Below are positions 18,702 to 28,615 of a stretch of 64,000 nt of DNA, in pieces. This stretch comes from Planctomycetota bacterium (GTDB lineage: Bacteria; Planctomycetota; PLA2; JAEUHO01): the NCBI GenBank assembly GCA_020851795.1, contig JADZCA010000117.1:8021-72020 (forward strand). The letters run 5' to 3'. A model generated the notes under the pieces. It saw nothing but the letters and a program-made list of their open reading frames with translations. It made no database searches and had not been told where the DNA came from. The position numbers and the translations under genes were made by a program. The stretch's first letter is position 1; every line of letters starts with the position of its first letter.

Positions 18702-19369
18702 CGTCCGCCCTCCCGCGACGCGGCGACCGCGGGCGCCCAGCGCCGCACGGCCCCGTTGACGATCTTGACCACCGCGCGGCTCGACACCGTCGCGCCGGTG
18801 ACCGTGTCCACCTCGTTGGGCGCGTTGGGCGTCGCGTCGGCCTTGACGCCCCTGACGGGCGTGGTCTCGGAGACCGCGACGCCGGTGAACCGCGCGCGGA
18901 ACGACGCCGGCCCGTCGGCGGCGACCGCGTCGCCCAGCCCCGGCGTCTCCTTGCTCTCGAGCACCTTGAGCGCGAGCAGGCGCCCCGCGACCGGGTCCCA
19001 CCCGAAGATCAGGCGGATGCGGTCGGCGAAGCCGTTGCCCTCGGCGACGACCGCCCAGCCGACGCTGCCGTCGGGGCGGCGCGCGAACCAGATGCGGTCG
19101 AGGTCGTCGGCGCCGGCCGGCCGCTCGGCCACGAGCCGCCCGCCGGACCACCACCGCTCCTCGTAGGGCGCGTCGGCGGGCAGCGCGAGCACCTCGCGCA
19201 CGCCGTCGGCGAGCACCTGCGCCTTGTGGGCGCGGATCGGCTCGATCGTCGCGAGGTAGGCGACGACGAGCAGCAGGCCCGCGACGGCGCCGCCGCCGCC
19301 GAGGACGGCGAGCAGCTTCCACGCGGGCACCGGCGGCTTGGGCACGGGGACGGCGGCGGCGTCGCTCAC
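18698..19369 (-). CDS. rnfG: Rnf complex subunit G (FMN-binding)
   Basis: 223 aa; single N-terminal TM helix; VDTVTGATVSS flavinylation motif. Confidence 0.8.
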   Translation of the reverse strand: MSDAAAVPVPKPPVPAWKLLAVLGGGGAVAGLLLVVAYLATIEPIRAHKAQVLADGVREVLALPADAPYEERWWSGGRLVAERPAGADDLDRIWFARRPDGSVGWAVVAEGNGFADRIRLIFGWDPVAGRLLALKVLESKETPGLGDAVAADGPASFRARFTGVAVSETTPVRGVKADATPNAPNEVDTVTGATVSSRAVVKIVNGAVRRWAPAVAASREGGR

Positions 19370-20388
19370 GGCTTCGCCTCCTGCGGCGCCGCCCGCGTGC
19401 CGAACACGCGCGGCTGGGTCGCACGGTCGATGAAGGGCACGAGGGCGTTCATGATCAGGATCGCGTACATCACGCCCTCGGCGAGGCCGCCGAAGACGCG
19501 GATGAGGACCACGAGGACCCCGACGCCGGCGCCGAACACCCACGACCCCGTGCGCGTGATCGGGGAGGTGACGGGGTCGGTCGCCATGTAGACCGCGCCG
19601 AGCGAGAGCCCGCCCGAGACGAGCATCGAGGCGGCGTCGGGGCAGTGCCACGCGGCGTCGGCCGGCAGCACCGCGTGGAGCAGCGCGGAGAGCGCCGCCA
19701 CCGCGGCCCAGACCGCGACGGGCACGCGCCACGAGAGGATGCGCAGCGCGACGAGCAGCGCGCCGCCCAGCAGCACCGCGAGGTCGCAGGTCTCGCCGAG
19801 CGAGCCGCCGGTGTCGCCGACGAGCAGGTCGAGGAAGCCCGTCGCGTGGCCCTCGAACTTGAACGCGCCCAGCGGCGTCGCGGCGGTGGTCCCGTCGAGC
19901 GGGTGCGGCACGGTGAAGGGCAGCGCGAACGTGTCGCCCGCGAGCGAGAAGAAGCCCTGGCGGTGGCGGGCCCACGTCGTGATCGCGACGGGGAACGCGG
20001 CCTGGAGGAAGGCGCGGCCGATGAGCGCGGGGTTGAAGACGTTCTGCCCGAGCCCGCCGAACACCGCCTTGCCGAGCGCGATCGCGACCGCGCCGCCGAC
20101 GAAGGCCATCCACGCGGGCAGGCCGGGCGGCAGCGACAGCGCGAGCAGCACGCCCGTCAGCACGGCCGAGCCGTCGCGCAGGCGCCCGGGCCCGACGAAG
20201 GTGCGCTCGGCCGCCGCGGCGCCGAGCACCGTGGCCGCGACGAGGACGAGCGCCGAGACGCCGAACCACCACGCGGCCGCGGCGAGCACCGGCAGCAGGC
20301 TCGCCGTCACGGTCCACATGATCCGGGCCGTCGAGAGCGGGGCCTTGAGGTGCGGGCTGGCCGCGACGAGCAGGCGGGGCGCGGTCAC
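19366..20388 (-). CDS. rnfD: Rnf complex subunit D
   Basis: 340 aa polytopic membrane protein; ASPHL...IMWTV N-terminus typical of RnfD/NqrB; GTGA overlap. Confidence 0.8.
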   Translation of the reverse strand: MTAPRLLVAASPHLKAPLSTARIMWTVTASLLPVLAAAAWWFGVSALVLVAATVLGAAAAERTFVGPGRLRDGSAVLTGVLLALSLPPGLPAWMAFVGGAVAIALGKAVFGGLGQNVFNPALIGRAFLQAAFPVAITTWARHRQGFFSLAGDTFALPFTVPHPLDGTTAATPLGAFKFEGHATGFLDLLVGDTGGSLGETCDLAVLLGGALLVALRILSWRVPVAVWAAVAALSALLHAVLPADAAWHCPDAASMLVSGGLSLGAVYMATDPVTSPITRTGSWVFGAGVGVLVVLIRVFGGLAEGVMYAILIMNALVPFIDRATQPRVFGTRAAPQEAKP

Positions 20389-21716
20389 GGCGTCGCCCTC
20401 CGGCGCTTGAGCATCCCGCGCCCCACCGCGAAGAGCTGCGAGAGCGGGATGCGGGACGGGCACACGTACGAGCAGCAGCCGCAGAGCATGCAGTCGGCGA
20501 GGTGGGCCCGCTCCATGTCCTCCCACCGCTCGACGCGCGCCAGCTGGCCGAGCGTCGACGGGTTGAGGTAGACGGGGCACGCGTCGAGGCAGCGCGCGCA
20601 GCGGATGCACGGCAACGCGTCGTCGGCGCGGACGTCGGCGTCGGTGAGGACGACGACGCCGGTCGTGCCCTTGGTCAGCGGCACGTCGAGGCGCCCCTGC
20701 GCGACGCCCATCATCGGCCCGCCGAACACGATCTCGCGCGCGTCCTCGGTGAGGCCGCCGCAGAACTCGAGCACGTCGGCGAGCTTGGTGCCCACGGGCA
20801 CCACGTAGTTGCCGGGCCGGCGCACGCCGCGCCCGGTCACGGTGACCACCCGCTCGACGAGCGGCTGGCCGGTCTCGAAGACCTCCGCGATGGTCGCGGC
20901 CGACGCGACGTTCTGCACGACGACGCCCACGTGCATCGGGAGGCGCCCCGAGGGCACCTCGACGCCCAGGACCGCCTCGATCAGCATCTTCTCCGCGCCC
21001 TGCGGGTACTTGACGGTGAGCGGAAGCACCGTCACGTCGAGGTCGGTCGGCCGCGCCGCCGTCATCGCGTCGATCGCGTCGGGCTTGTTGCGCTCGATGC
21101 CGACGACCGCCTTCGGGACGCCCAGCGCGCGCATCATGATGCGCACGCCGTGCATCACGCGCTCGGGCTGCTCCGCCATCAGGCGGTGGTCGGTGGTCAG
21201 GAACGGCTCGCACTCGCAGCCGTTGAGGAGCACCGTGGTGATCGTCGCGTCCTTGGGCGGGACGAGCTTGACGTGCGTCGGGAACGCCGCGCCGCCCAGC
21301 CCGACCACGCCCGCGTCCTGCACCGCCCGGACGATCTGCTCGGGCGACAGCCCCTTCCAGTCGGGGACGCGGCGCTCGCGCGCGATCTGCGACGAGTGCG
21401 CCTCGACCGCCACGCGCACCGCGGGGCACGAGCTCCCGTCGGGGTGCGGCCACCAGCCGACGTCGGTCACCGTGCCGGTCGCGGACGCGTGCACCGGCGA
21501 CGACACGAAGCCGTCGGCCTGCGCGACCACGTCGCCGCGCTCGACGTGGTCGCCGGGCTTGACGACGACCTGGGCCGGCTTGCCGGCGTGCTGGCGCACC
21601 GGGAGCACGACCTCGGAGGGGAACGGCATGCGCCGGATCGGCGCGGCCCCCGTGAGCTCCTTGTGCTCGGGCGGGTGGACCCCGTGGCGGAACGTGGCGC
21701 GGGCGGCGCGGAACAT
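20385..21716 (-). CDS. rnfC: Rnf complex subunit C (NADH-binding, 2x[4Fe-4S])
   Basis: 443 aa; CIRCARCLDACP and CMLCGCCSYVCP Fe-S motifs, which NqrA lacks. Confidence 0.85.
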   Translation of the reverse strand: MFRAARATFRHGVHPPEHKELTGAAPIRRMPFPSEVVLPVRQHAGKPAQVVVKPGDHVERGDVVAQADGFVSSPVHASATGTVTDVGWWPHPDGSSCPAVRVAVEAHSSQIARERRVPDWKGLSPEQIVRAVQDAGVVGLGGAAFPTHVKLVPPKDATITTVLLNGCECEPFLTTDHRLMAEQPERVMHGVRIMMRALGVPKAVVGIERNKPDAIDAMTAARPTDLDVTVLPLTVKYPQGAEKMLIEAVLGVEVPSGRLPMHVGVVVQNVASAATIAEVFETGQPLVERVVTVTGRGVRRPGNYVVPVGTKLADVLEFCGGLTEDAREIVFGGPMMGVAQGRLDVPLTKGTTGVVVLTDADVRADDALPCIRCARCLDACPVYLNPSTLGQLARVERWEDMERAHLADCMLCGCCSYVCPSRIPLSQLFAVGRGMLKRRRATP

Positions 21717-21723
21717 GGGCGGC

Positions 21724-24700
21724 TCACAGGAACTTCCTGGCGCGGGCGACCCACTTCGCGAGGTCCTTCTCCGCGGGGTTGGTCGGCGAGCCGGGGTGGA
21801 TGATCGAGACGGGGCACCGCTCGGCGGCGAGCACCAGCTGCTGGTACGTGCCCGCCTTGGGGTCCTTCACCGTCGCCTGCTTCTTCTCGTTGTAGGCGAA
21901 CAGCTTCTTGTTGACGTTGATGCACTCGTTGCACGACGTGCACCGCGCGCTCTCGACGTACGCCTCCTGGGCGAGCGCGTCGTCCTCGGCGGCCGCCGTC
22001 GGCGCGGGCGGGGTCGCCGACACGGGCGCCGGCGCGGGTCCCGTGGCGACGGCGGCGGGCGCGACGGTCGCCACCGCGGCCGGCGCGGGGGCCGCGACCT
22101 TCAGTGCCGCGTGCCCGTTGCCGGGCGGCGCCGTCGGTGCGGGCAGCCGCGCGACGGCGGCGGCGAACGCCGGGTCCTGCGCCCCGAGGCGCACGAGGCC
22201 CTCGGCGACGCGACGCATCACGACCTCGGGCACGCGGCGCTTGATCTCCTCGACCTTGGCGCGGTGCTCGGCCTCGAGCGCCGCGAGCCGCCGCTCGAAC
22301 TCCGCCTTCGCCTCGGCGAGCGCGGACTCGCGCGCCGAGGGCGCGACCTCGAGGCCCGCCAGCTGGCGCAGCTGCGACCAGTACGCCTGCCGCTCCTCGG
22401 CGAGCCGCACGATCTCGGGCGACACCGAGAGGCGCATCAGGCGGCGCTGGTCGTCGAGCGCCACGACGAAGGGCGTCTTGCCCTCGCGGTCCTCCGCGGG
22501 GAGGCGCAGGTAGTCGGCGAACGGCACGAGCCCGTCGGCCGTGGGGTCCTTGAGCCGCTTGAAGTGCGGGGCGAAGCGGCCCTCGGTCAGCGCCCAGTCG
22601 GCGATCGTGAGCGGCAGCGTGACCTTGGCGGGCCGGCCCGCGTCGTCGACGTGCTCGAGGTCGTAGGTGGGCCACGCGTCGTCGAGCGCCGGGTTGCCCT
22701 CGAGCGAGAGCGCGTCGGCGAAGGCGGGGCCCTTCGAGGGGTCGTAGACGAGGAAGGGGAAGGCGCGGCTCTCGAGCGCCAGCCGCGCCGAGGTCGGCGA
22801 CGCGTCGTCGCCCAGCCCGTGCTCGACCGGGCACGGCGTGTAGATGTTGAACACGGCCGGCCGCTTCTGCGTCAGCCCGCGCAGCACGCCCGCGACGAGG
22901 TGCGAGGGCGAGGCCTGCGACGTCTGGAGCACGTACGCGCCGCGGTGGGCGAGCGCGATGAACGACAGCTCCTTGCGCACCTCGGTCTTGCCGTGCTGGG
23001 CGGCCCCGTACGCGGCCATGTCGGAGACCTGGCCCGTGAACCCGCTCGTGCACGCCTGACCGCCGGTGTTGGAGTAGACCTGCGTGTCGAGCACGACGAC
23101 GCGCAGCGGCTTGCCCGAGGCGAGCAGGCGCGAGAGGTTCTGGAAGCCGATGTCGAGCATCGCGCCGTCGCCGCCCACCGCGAAGATCGGCGGGCACAGC
23201 GCCATCTCCTCGTCGGTGAACTGCGCCCAGTCGAGCGTCGCGAGCGCCTTGTCGTGGGCCTTGGGGTCGTACGCGTCGGCGAGCAGCAGCTCGGCGCGGC
23301 GCACGGCCGCGAACCCGCGCGCCATCTTCCGCATCGTGCCCTCGAAGAGGCCGATCGCGATCGACGGCGAGTCCTGGAAGAGGTGGTTCGTCCACGGGAA
23401 CGGGTAGGGGTTGTACGGGTACGTCCCGCCCCACACCGACGAGCAGCCGGTGCTGTTGGCGATGCCCAGCTGCGCGCGACCGTGGCCGCCCGGCCCCGCG
23501 CGGTAGCGCCACGCGAGGTCCTTGAGCGCCTTCACGGTGTCGGCGAGGCGCGCCACCGCGGCCTGCTTCTCCGCCGAGAGCGGGACGGGGACCGTGGCGC
23601 CCGCGCCGCCGGCGGCCGAGAGGTCGGCCTCCGAGGCGAGGAGGGCCCGCGCCTTCGCGTCGAGGCGGGCCACGAGGTCGTCGAGGTGCTCGAGGTGGCG
23701 GGCGACGCGCGGCTCGAGCAGCGCGCGGACCGCCGAGACGACGAGGTGCACGCTCGTCTTCTCGCCGCAGCCCATGCACGCGCCGTCGCCGCCGACCATC
23801 GAGCGGTAGACCTCCTTGCGCAGCAGGAGCGTCGAGAGGACGCCGATCCCCTCCTCGCGGTCGCTGACGTTGACGAAGCGCTCGCGCGTGTCGGGCAGCC
23901 GCTCCCACACCTCCCAGTTGCGCCGCAGCTCGGCCTGCGCCGCGTCGGTCTGCTTGACGGCCACGAGCGCCTTCTCGGGGCACACGGCCACGCAGACGTT
24001 GCAGCCCTTGCAGGCGAGCGGGTTCACGGTCACCGAGAGGAGGCCGCCGGCGCCCTTCTCCTTGGACTCGGGCACGTCGAAGAACGGCTTCGTGCGCGCC
24101 AGGGGGAAGGTCGCGAGCACCTCGCGGAGCGCCGCCACCTCGCGGTCGAGGGCCGCGCGCTTCTCGGCGTCGGGCGCGGCCTTGGGGGCGAGCGCCGCCC
24201 ACGCCGCGTCGAGCGTGGTCGCGAAGTCGTTGTACGGGCCGGCCTTGAGGACCTTGCGCACCTCCGCGCCCAGCGCCTTCGTCAGCGGCGCGAGCCGCTC
24301 GAACGCGACCGGGCCGACGGGCTTGGCCATGCCCGCGCGCAGCACGTCCTCGACCTCGCTGACGAGGCCGGGGATCGCGGCGTCGGGGCACTGCACCCAG
24401 CACTGGCCGCAGCCGGTGCAGCGCTCGGCGACGAACGACGGCACCTCCTGGCGGATGCCGGTCATGTCGCGGAACACGCCGGTCGCGGCCGGGATCGCGC
24501 TGATGCCGGTGAACGGGTCGGCGAGCACGTCCTGGCCGGCCGCCTGCACCGAGCCCACCTGCTCCCAGAAGCGGCCGGGGTCGGCGATGCCGGGCGCGAC
24601 GGGGCACCCGCCCGCGGCGAGCGCGGGGACGGCGGCGGCCGCGCGGCCGCGGTCGGCGGCGTCGGGCATCGACGCGACGTCGAGCTCGGCGACCTCGTCG

Positions 24701-26766
24701 TAGCCGCGCCGCACGACGCGCAGGTTGTCCTCGACGACCTTCTCGCCGAGCTTGCCGAACTTCTTCTGGATCTGGGCCCGCAGCCCCTCCCAGAGGCGCT
24801 TCTCGTCGAGGCCGTGCCGGCCGGCGAGCGGCGTCGTCTTCCAGAACGCGCCCATGAACGCCGCGCCCTGCAGGCGGTAGACCAGCTCGGGCTCCGACGC
24901 CTCGTCGCGCGCGATCTTGAAGCCGTCCACGAGGAACACCCGCACCTTGCGCTCGCGCAGGATGCGGCGCTGCGCGGCCGGGATCGCCGCCCAGAACTCG
25001 GCCGGCGTCCCGTCGGCCTGGCAGACGAAGACGCCGCCCTCGGCGAGGCCGGCGAGCGGGTCGGCGCGGTGGAAGACGCGCGGGTCGGGCGAGAGCACCA
25101 CGTCGACGTGCCGCAGCTCGCCGTTGAGCCGGATCGGCTCGGGGGCGAAGACCGCGTAGAAGGTCGTGGGCTGGCCCTTCTTCTCGCTGCCGTACTTCGG
25201 GTTCGCCTTGACGTGCAGCCCGAGCATCTCGTAGACGGCGAGCGTGAGGTTCTTGCCGGTGGTGATGGCGCCCCACCCGCCCACGGAGTGCATCCGCAGC
25301 GCGAGCGAGCCCTTCGGCAGCAGGTTCACCTCGGCGGCCGGCGCGAGCGAGAGCTCGGCGACGTGCGGGTAGGCGTCGAGGAGCTGCTCCTGCCAGATCT
25401 GGAGCTTCGGGAGCCGCGTCCCCTTCCGCACGAAGTCCACGCCGAGGTAGAAGCGCCGGCGGTGCGCGCCGCCCTCGAGCATGTTCTCGACGGCCGCGAC
25501 GAGGTCGGCCGGCTGCAGGTCGCGGCTGCCCAGCCCGAAGCAGCCCGAGTAGAAGTCGGGGACGTCCGCGGCGGACCACGCGGGCAGCCCGGCGTGGGGC
25601 ACGGGCCCCTTCGCACGGCCGTTCTCGAGCGCCTGCGACGCCGCGGCGCGCAGCTCGCGCAGCAGCGGCGGGTCCACGGCGAGCGGCTGGTCCACGCGCT
25701 CGAGGACGACGACGCCCTTCTTGCCCTTGAGCAGCCGCGTGACGAGGTCGGCGGGGAACGGGCGGAACATCGTGACGTCGAGCACGCCGACCTTGAGGCG
25801 GCGCGTCGCGCGGAGGTGGTCGGCGACCGCCTCGGCGTTGGCGACGACCGAGCCCTGGCCGGCGATCACCCAGTCGGCGTCGTCGGTGCGGTAGCCCGTG
25901 GCGCGCGCGTAGGCGCGGCCGGTCAGCGCGCGCAGCTCCTCGAACGCCCGGTCGGCCAGCGCGGCGACGTGGTCGAAGTAGAAGGGCCGCTGCGCGGCGA
26001 CGCCCTGGGCGTACGAGTCCTGGTTCTGGACGACGCCGAGCATCGCGGGGTAGTCCACGTCGAACATCTCGGGGACGCGGCGGCGCCGCTCCCCGAAGAC
26101 GAGGCGCTGCGCGGGCGTGGGCGACTCGATCGTGTCGGCGGGGTCGCCGAGGTACTCGCGCACGAGCTCGGGCTCGGGCATCCGCACCGACTCGATCACG
26201 TGGCTCGTCAGGAAGCCGTCCTGGGCGCAGATGCCGGGGTTGAGCGCCAGCTCGGCGAGGCGGTGCGAGACGAGGTTGAGGTCGGCCGAGCCCTGGACGT
26301 CCTTCGCCATGAGCTGGAAGAAGCCGGTGTCGTCCACCGCGTGGTAGTCGTCGTGCCCGCAGTGCACGTTGAGCGCCTGCTTGGTCATCGCGCGCGCGGC
26401 CACGTTGAGGACGTAGGTCAGGCGCTTGCCGGCCGCCGCGTACAGCGACTCGTGCATGTACGCGACGCCCTGGCCGCTCGAGAAGTTGGTGGCGCGCAGG
26501 CCCGTCATCGAGAGCCCGGCGGTCACGGCGGCGGCGGCGTGCTCGCCCTCGGGCTCGAAGAACACGAGCTTCCCGCCGAAGACGTTGGTCTTGCCCGCGG
26601 CCACCGCCGCGGCCCATCCCTCGCCCATCTGGGTCGAGGGCGTGATCGGGTAGGCGCCGGCGCCCTCGCCGCCCGCCGTCTCGACCTCGACCACCGCCGC
26701 GCTGCCGTCGAGCGCCTTCGGGGTCCCCGGGTACTTCGGGGCCGGAGCCGGGTTCGTCGTCTTCAT
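21724..26766 (-). CDS. single-chain pyruvate:ferredoxin(flavodoxin) oxidoreductase (NifJ/PFOR type) with ~450-aa C-terminal extension
   Basis: 1680 aa; PFOR domains I-VI including CTGCGQCWVQCP / CKGCNVCVAVCP ferredoxin domain and GGDGAMLDIGFQNLS TPP site; extra C-terminus has a coiled-coil, an Ala/Pro linker and CTSCNEC...CP. Confidence 0.85.
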   Translation of the reverse strand: MKTTNPAPAPKYPGTPKALDGSAAVVEVETAGGEGAGAYPITPSTQMGEGWAAAVAAGKTNVFGGKLVFFEPEGEHAAAAVTAGLSMTGLRATNFSSGQGVAYMHESLYAAAGKRLTYVLNVAARAMTKQALNVHCGHDDYHAVDDTGFFQLMAKDVQGSADLNLVSHRLAELALNPGICAQDGFLTSHVIESVRMPEPELVREYLGDPADTIESPTPAQRLVFGERRRRVPEMFDVDYPAMLGVVQNQDSYAQGVAAQRPFYFDHVAALADRAFEELRALTGRAYARATGYRTDDADWVIAGQGSVVANAEAVADHLRATRRLKVGVLDVTMFRPFPADLVTRLLKGKKGVVVLERVDQPLAVDPPLLRELRAAASQALENGRAKGPVPHAGLPAWSAADVPDFYSGCFGLGSRDLQPADLVAAVENMLEGGAHRRRFYLGVDFVRKGTRLPKLQIWQEQLLDAYPHVAELSLAPAAEVNLLPKGSLALRMHSVGGWGAITTGKNLTLAVYEMLGLHVKANPKYGSEKKGQPTTFYAVFAPEPIRLNGELRHVDVVLSPDPRVFHRADPLAGLAEGGVFVCQADGTPAEFWAAIPAAQRRILRERKVRVFLVDGFKIARDEASEPELVYRLQGAAFMGAFWKTTPLAGRHGLDEKRLWEGLRAQIQKKFGKLGEKVVEDNLRVVRRGYDEVAELDVASMPDAADRGRAAAAVPALAAGGCPVAPGIADPGRFWEQVGSVQAAGQDVLADPFTGISAIPAATGVFRDMTGIRQEVPSFVAERCTGCGQCWVQCPDAAIPGLVSEVEDVLRAGMAKPVGPVAFERLAPLTKALGAEVRKVLKAGPYNDFATTLDAAWAALAPKAAPDAEKRAALDREVAALREVLATFPLARTKPFFDVPESKEKGAGGLLSVTVNPLACKGCNVCVAVCPEKALVAVKQTDAAQAELRRNWEVWERLPDTRERFVNVSDREEGIGVLSTLLLRKEVYRSMVGGDGACMGCGEKTSVHLVVSAVRALLEPRVARHLEHLDDLVARLDAKARALLASEADLSAAGGAGATVPVPLSAEKQAAVARLADTVKALKDLAWRYRAGPGGHGRAQLGIANSTGCSSVWGGTYPYNPYPFPWTNHLFQDSPSIAIGLFEGTMRKMARGFAAVRRAELLLADAYDPKAHDKALATLDWAQFTDEEMALCPPIFAVGGDGAMLDIGFQNLSRLLASGKPLRVVVLDTQVYSNTGGQACTSGFTGQVSDMAAYGAAQHGKTEVRKELSFIALAHRGAYVLQTSQASPSHLVAGVLRGLTQKRPAVFNIYTPCPVEHGLGDDASPTSARLALESRAFPFLVYDPSKGPAFADALSLEGNPALDDAWPTYDLEHVDDAGRPAKVTLPLTIADWALTEGRFAPHFKRLKDPTADGLVPFADYLRLPAEDREGKTPFVVALDDQRRLMRLSVSPEIVRLAEERQAYWSQLRQLAGLEVAPSARESALAEAKAEFERRLAALEAEHRAKVEEIKRRVPEVVMRRVAEGLVRLGAQDPAFAAAVARLPAPTAPPGNGHAALKVAAPAPAAVATVAPAAVATGPAPAPVSATPPAPTAAAEDDALAQEAYVESARCTSCNECINVNKKLFAYNEKKQATVKDPKAGTYQQLVLAAERCPVSIIHPGSPTNPAEKDLAKWVARARKFL

Positions 26767-27623
26767 CGGAGCGTCGCTCCCTCGCGCGCGGCGGCGGGCG
26801 GACCCGCGAACGCCTGCGCGCCCTCGACCCACGCGATGGCCCCGGTGGGGCACCGCTTCGTCGCCTTCACGTTGCCGGTGTCGTCCTTGCCCGCGTCCAC
26901 GACCGCCAGCCCGTCCACGATCGAGACGAGCCCGGGGTCGGCGTCCACGGCGCACAGCCCGCAGCCCGTGCAGCCCACGCGGCACAGAGCGGTCACGGGG
27001 TCCCCCACCATGCGGCTCTTGCACTGCACGAGCAGCCGGCGGGTCTCGGGCAGCACCACGAAGAGGTCCTTCGGGCACGCCTCGACGCAGTCGCCGCACG
27101 CGGTGCACTTCGCGGGGTCCACGCGCGGCAGCCCGTTGCGGTCCATCGTGATCGCGCCGAACGAGCACGCGCGCGCGCAGTCGGCCAGCCCGAGGCACCC
27201 CCACGTGCAGCCCTTGCCGCCGCCGGCGACCGCGGCCGCGGCCGCGCAGGAGGCGTGGCCGACGTAGGCGGCGCGCTGCACCGCGACGTCGGCGCCGCCC
27301 GCGCAGAGCAGGCGCGCGACGCGCTTGACCGCGGTGCCCGCGTCCACGCCGAGGTAGGCGGCGATCGCCTTGTGCCCGTCGGGGCTCGACACGGTGCAGC
27401 CGACCGGCTCCGCCTTGCGCTGCACGAGCCGCTCGGCGAAGGCCCGGCACCCCGCCGCGCCGCACGCGCCGCAGTTCGCGCCCGGGAGCATCCCCGCCAC
27501 GTCGTCGATGCGCGGGTCCTCGTGGACCTTGAGCTTCTTGTTCGCGGCCGCGATGAGCACGCCGAACGTCAGCCCGACGCCGCCGAGCACCGCCGTCGCG
27601 GAGAGGAGCGTGGCGGGGTCCAT
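26763..27623 (-). CDS. rnfB: Rnf complex subunit B (Fe-S)
   Basis: 286 aa; N-terminal TM helix then GANCGACGAAGCRAFAE and further 4Fe-4S Cys motifs; ATGA overlap with the PFOR start. Confidence 0.8.
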   Translation of the reverse strand: MDPATLLSATAVLGGVGLTFGVLIAAANKKLKVHEDPRIDDVAGMLPGANCGACGAAGCRAFAERLVQRKAEPVGCTVSSPDGHKAIAAYLGVDAGTAVKRVARLLCAGGADVAVQRAAYVGHASCAAAAAVAGGGKGCTWGCLGLADCARACSFGAITMDRNGLPRVDPAKCTACGDCVEACPKDLFVVLPETRRLLVQCKSRMVGDPVTALCRVGCTGCGLCAVDADPGLVSIVDGLAVVDAGKDDTGNVKATKRCPTGAIAWVEGAQAFAGPPAAAREGATLR

Positions 27624-27625
27624 GG

Positions 27626-28615
27626 TCAGCCGAGGTCCTTCCAGTCCACCGCGCCGAGCAGCCACGTCGCGACGCGGCCCGCGGGGTCGTCCACCGCCGG
27701 CACGCCGGGCACGGACGCCAGCGCGGGCACGTCCGTCGCGCCGAGCGCGACGAGCTGCGCGAGCTCCTCGGCCTGCTGCGCCGCCGACCACGGCCCGACC
27801 GGCCCGCGCCCCGCGCCCTTGGGGACGCGCCGCAGGACGAGGCGCGTCGAGAGCGTCGGCCCGCGCGCGGGCTCGTGCACGAAGGCCGCGGCGTCCTCGG
27901 GGACGAGGGCCGCGACCGCGGGGCCCGCGACCTTGGACAGGACCGCGAGCTCGGCCGGGTCGGAGGTCTGCAGCACGAACGTGCCCGGCGTCACGAGCCG
28001 CACCAGCGGCGCCGGCGCGCACGGGCCGGACACGAGCAGCACGACCTTCGCGCCGCCGTCGAGCCCGGCGAGCAGGGCCCCGACGTCGAGGTCGGCGCCC
28101 GCGACGTCCACGACGAGCGGCGGCGCGACCCGGCGCTCACGCCGCGTCCACAGGCCGGGCGCGAGGCCGCGCACGAGCCCTTCCTCGGCCTCCGTCGCCG
28201 CACGCCCCTGCTGCACGAGGCCCACCGCGTGCGCGGCGCCGAACGCGCGCCCGAGGCGGCGCCAGGCGTCGTGCACGGCGTCGCGCATGGACGTGCCCGC
28301 GGCGACGCGGACGACGCACTGCTCGCCCGCGGGGGCGCCGGCGAGCGCGCTGAGCACCGCCGCGGCCCGGCGCATCGCCTCGGCGGCGGCGGGGTCGGCG
28401 GGCGCGCGCCGCACCGCGAGGCCCACGAAGCGCCCCACGTCGATGCGGCCCGCGGCGAAGCTCCCGAGCGCGGCGGCGGCGCCGTCGCCGGCGGCCTGGC
28501 GCGCGAGCAGCCCGCGCACCTCCTCGGCCGTCGCGGCGACCGCGGAGCGCCAAGCGGAGAACGCGGGGGCCACCGCGGCGAGGGCGGCGGCGACGGCGGC
28601 GGGGTCAGACGGCAT
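27626..28615 (-). CDS. hypothetical protein (in redox cluster)
   Basis: 329 aa, Ala-rich, no recognisable motif; sits between korB and rnfB with an 11-nt overlap onto the korB stop. Confidence 0.4.
   Translation of the reverse strand: MPSDPAAVAAALAAVAPAFSAWRSAVAATAEEVRGLLARQAAGDGAAAALGSFAAGRIDVGRFVGLAVRRAPADPAAAEAMRRAAAVLSALAGAPAGEQCVVRVAAGTSMRDAVHDAWRRLGRAFGAAHAVGLVQQGRAATEAEEGLVRGLAPGLWTRRERRVAPPLVVDVAGADLDVGALLAGLDGGAKVVLLVSGPCAPAPLVRLVTPGTFVLQTSDPAELAVLSKVAGPAVAALVPEDAAAFVHEPARGPTLSTRLVLRRVPKGAGRGPVGPWSAAQQAEELAQLVALGATDVPALASVPGVPAVDDPAGRVATWLLGAVDWKDLG

Noticed and set aside
16096-21716. Na+-NQR (nqrABCDEF) instead of Rnf
   Set aside because: The C-like subunit has two 4Fe-4S Cys motifs, which NqrA lacks. 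An RnfB-type Fe-S subunit is present and there is no NqrF-like ferredoxin/FAD/NADH subunit. The NqrM-like ORF is the only Nqr-flavoured element.
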